Source of the DNA: an uncultured Acidobacteriota bacterium
GTDB taxonomy: Bacteria > Acidobacteriota > Terriglobia > Acidiferrales > UBA7541
Length of the DNA stretch: 24,000 nucleotides
Reading direction: 5' to 3'
NCBI GenBank assembly: GCA_963757145.1
Contig: CAVWQK010000005.1
Coordinates: forward strand, 1,390,606 to 1,414,605
In this document: positions 21,952 through 24,000 of the stretch, one piece after another
Layout: every line of letters starts with the position of its first letter
How positions within the stretch are numbered: the stretch's first letter is position 1
Program-made: the position numbers and the translations under genes
Notes under the pieces: model-generated
The model's input: the letters and a program-made list of their open reading frames with translations, nothing else
Told to the model about the DNA's origin: nothing
Databases searched by the model: none

Positions 21952-21979
21952 CGGCGCGACGAAGAGATTCGTCGCGCCG
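21952..21979. terminator. Strong hairpin after the TROVE gene (possible bidirectional terminator)
   Basis: CGGCGCGACGAA-GAGA-TTCGTCGCGCCG, 12-bp perfect stem with a tetraloop, between convergent genes; T tract is weak. Confidence 0.6.
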
Positions 21980-21981
21980 CT

Positions 21982-22701
21982 CTATTGGATGGGAGCGATC
22001 TTCCGACTCTGGGCGCTGCATCGGCTGGCAGATGCTAGCGGCTTCGCGGCCTTTGGCCTCGCAGTCGGCGCTTCGCGGGTGCTGTGAATTTCGCCGCGGA
22101 CGGCGACAAGCCAGGAGTTGATAAGGGGCAGCTTGTAGACGAGTGCCGGGGGCCCTTTCAAGAGTTCTTCGACGGCGTCGTAATTGCCGGGCGATGCGAC
22201 TAGAGGAAGCAGTCGCATGCCGTTGCCAGAGCCGTCGTCTTTACCGCCATGGCGACCGGCGATGGCGGCGCATCGGCGGGTCCCAGCCGCGGAAATCGAC
22301 TTTCCGAGATTTCACGAGTGGCAGAAGCGGCTCCGACTTGGGGGGCCGACATAACCGTCGAGCGCGAGCGTGTAGCCTTCGTTGCAAAGCTCGGCGCAGA
22401 GCTGCACGACTTCCTGCGACGGTGTGACGCTTTCGAAGATTTCGATCATGACCTGATCGGGTGGGAGGAGGCGTGCGGTGCCCCGCTCGAGCGCGAGCTT
22501 GTCGAGATTGATGAATGCTTTCGCGTGGCCGGTGAGCGGTTGCAGGCCGAAGGCCATGGTGGAATCGACGATCAGGCTGCCGCTGGCTTCTTTATAGTGG
22601 TGAAAGACATTTTCACTGCCGGCGCGAAAGAGGGGCTCGTAGGCGATAAGTTTTAATTGGTCGTCGAAGATCGGCTGACGGGCGAAGAATTTTTCGTGCA
22701 T
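21982..22701 (-). pseudogene. Degraded EAL-HDOD (YuxH-like) signalling protein
   Basis: MHEKFFARQPIFDDQLKLIAYEPLFRAGSEN...FINLDKLALERG...MIEIFESVTPSQEVVQLCAELCNEGYTLALDGYVGPP, then frame lesions; the continuation EPLLPLVKSRKVDFRGW and MRLLPLVASPGNYDAVEELLKGPPALVYKLPLINSWLVAVRGEIHSTREA lies in other frames and the HDOD domain is truncated. Confidence 0.75.
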
Positions 22702-22841
22702 GCACCCTCTCAGGAAAATGGAGTTCAAACAGCATTTTGAAAGGGAGTCGGATTGCTTGTGGCGGAGAACTTACCGCCACGGTTTACGAAAAGCTCGCGG
22801 TCTGGGGAGCGACCACGACTTCAGGGTTATGAACCGAACGT

Positions 22842-23996
22842 TTACGTCGGAGCGGACATCGAGCCCAAGAATTCGGTGTTCGACTTTGTTTTGGTAAGGC
22901 GGCTGAGCAGCAACTCCATGGCTTCGACTGTGGAGAGCGGGCTCAGGACTTTGCGCAAGACCCAGACGCGGCTCAGTTCGTCGGGCGGGAGCAGGAGTTC
23001 GTCCTTACGTGTGCCGGAACGCTGAATGTCGATCGCGGGGAAGACGCGCTTGTCCGAGAGGCGGCGGTCGAGGTTGATTTCCATGTTACCGGTGCCCTTG
23101 AATTCTTCGAAGATGACGTCGTCCATGCGGCTGCCGGTGTCGATGAGCGCAGTGGCGATGATGGTGAGCGAGCCGCCCTCCTCCACGTGCCGCGCGGCGG
23201 CGAAGAAACGACGCGGACGCTGGAGCGCGTTGGCGTCGATACCGCCCGAGAGCACTTTGCCGGAAGGCGGAGTGACGGCGTTATAGGCGCGTGCGAGCCG
23301 CGTGACCGAGTCGAGAAGGACGACGACGTCGCGCTTGTGTTCGACAAGGCGCTTGGCCTTTTCGAGCACCATTTCGGCGACTTGGATGTGGCGCTGCGGC
23401 GCTTCGTCGAAGGTCGAGCTGATGACTTCGCCCTTGACGGTGCGCTGCATGTCGGTGACTTCTTCGGGGCGCTCATCGATGAGCAGGACGATCAGCGCGA
23501 CTTCGGGATGATTGGTGGTGATGGAATTGGCCATGGACTGCAGCATCATGGTTTTTCCGGTGCGGGGCGGCGCGACGATGAGCCCGCGCTGGCCTTTGCC
23601 GACGGGGCAGAGAAGATCGAGCACGCGCCCGGTCATATTCTCTTTCGTGGTTTCCATCTTGAGGCGGCCCTGGGGATAGAGCGGCGTCAGGTTATCGAAA
23701 AATATTTTGCTGCGGGCGACTTCGGGATCTTCGAAATTAACGGCTTCGACCTTGATCAGAGCGAAGTAGCGCTCGCCGTCTTTCGGTGGGCGAACCTGGC
23801 CGGAGACGGTGTCACCGGTGCGAAGATCGAACTTGCGGATCTGTGAGGGCGAGACGTAGATGTCGTCCGGGCCCGGGAGGTAATTGTACTCGGGGGCGCG
23901 CAAGAAACCGAAACCATCGGGGAGACATTCGAGGACACCTTCGGAGAAAATCAAACCGTTCTTTTCGGTTTGCGCGCGGAGGATCTGGAAGATCAA
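22842..23996 (-). CDS. rho: Transcription termination factor Rho (5' end beyond window)
   Basis: [115 protein letters not shown]. Confidence 0.98.
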   Translation of the reverse strand: MIFQILRAQTEKNGLIFSEGVLECLPDGFGFLRAPEYNYLPGPDDIYVSPSQIRKFDLRTGDTVSGQVRPPKDGERYFALIKVEAVNFEDPEVARSKIFFDNLTPLYPQGRLKMETTKENMTGRVLDLLCPVGKGQRGLIVAPPRTGKTMMLQSMANSITTNHPEVALIVLLIDERPEEVTDMQRTVKGEVISSTFDEAPQRHIQVAEMVLEKAKRLVEHKRDVVVLLDSVTRLARAYNAVTPPSGKVLSGGIDANALQRPRRFFAAARHVEEGGSLTIIATALIDTGSRMDDVIFEEFKGTGNMEINLDRRLSDKRVFPAIDIQRSGTRKDELLLPPDELSRVWVLRKVLSPLSTVEAMELLLSRLTKTKSNTEFLGSMSAPT

Positions 23997-24000
23997 CTCC

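Overview
Acidobacteria-like, GC-rich chromosomal window (lineage inferred from gene content and style only). Mostly housekeeping genes: a 5'-truncated HEAT/PilZ protein, secA, mrp/apbC, a DUF1905 protein, a gamma carbonic anhydrase, hisS, aspS, a RAYT (REP-associated tyrosine transposase) with REP-like palindromes, mutL, fabI, cmk, a DUF885 protein, an esterase-like protein (minus strand), a TMEM175/DUF1211 protein, an EAL-HDOD remnant (minus) and rho (minus, truncated by the window end). The standout is ~19.42-21.99 kb. A short TROVE/Ro60 (Rsr-like) protein gene with a vWA domain is preceded by an 86-aa uncharacterised small ORF and by three tandem, homologous, non-coding Y-RNA-like elements. 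Their 5' and 3' arms align without gaps (5' CCGGGATGGTGRAG-N7-ANTACWTC; 3' N8-GATTATTCC-YCCCGG-like) and fold into the same two-part stem. The middle element encloses a complete circularly permuted tRNA-like domain, ordered T arm, 7-bp acceptor stem capped by GAAA, D arm, then the anticodon-stem equivalent leading into the Y stem. This matches the tRNA mimicry known for bacterial YrlA RNAs. The other two elements carry different, smaller inserts. I read this as a multi-Y-RNA Ro RNP locus with diversified effector modules and a possible accessory protein.
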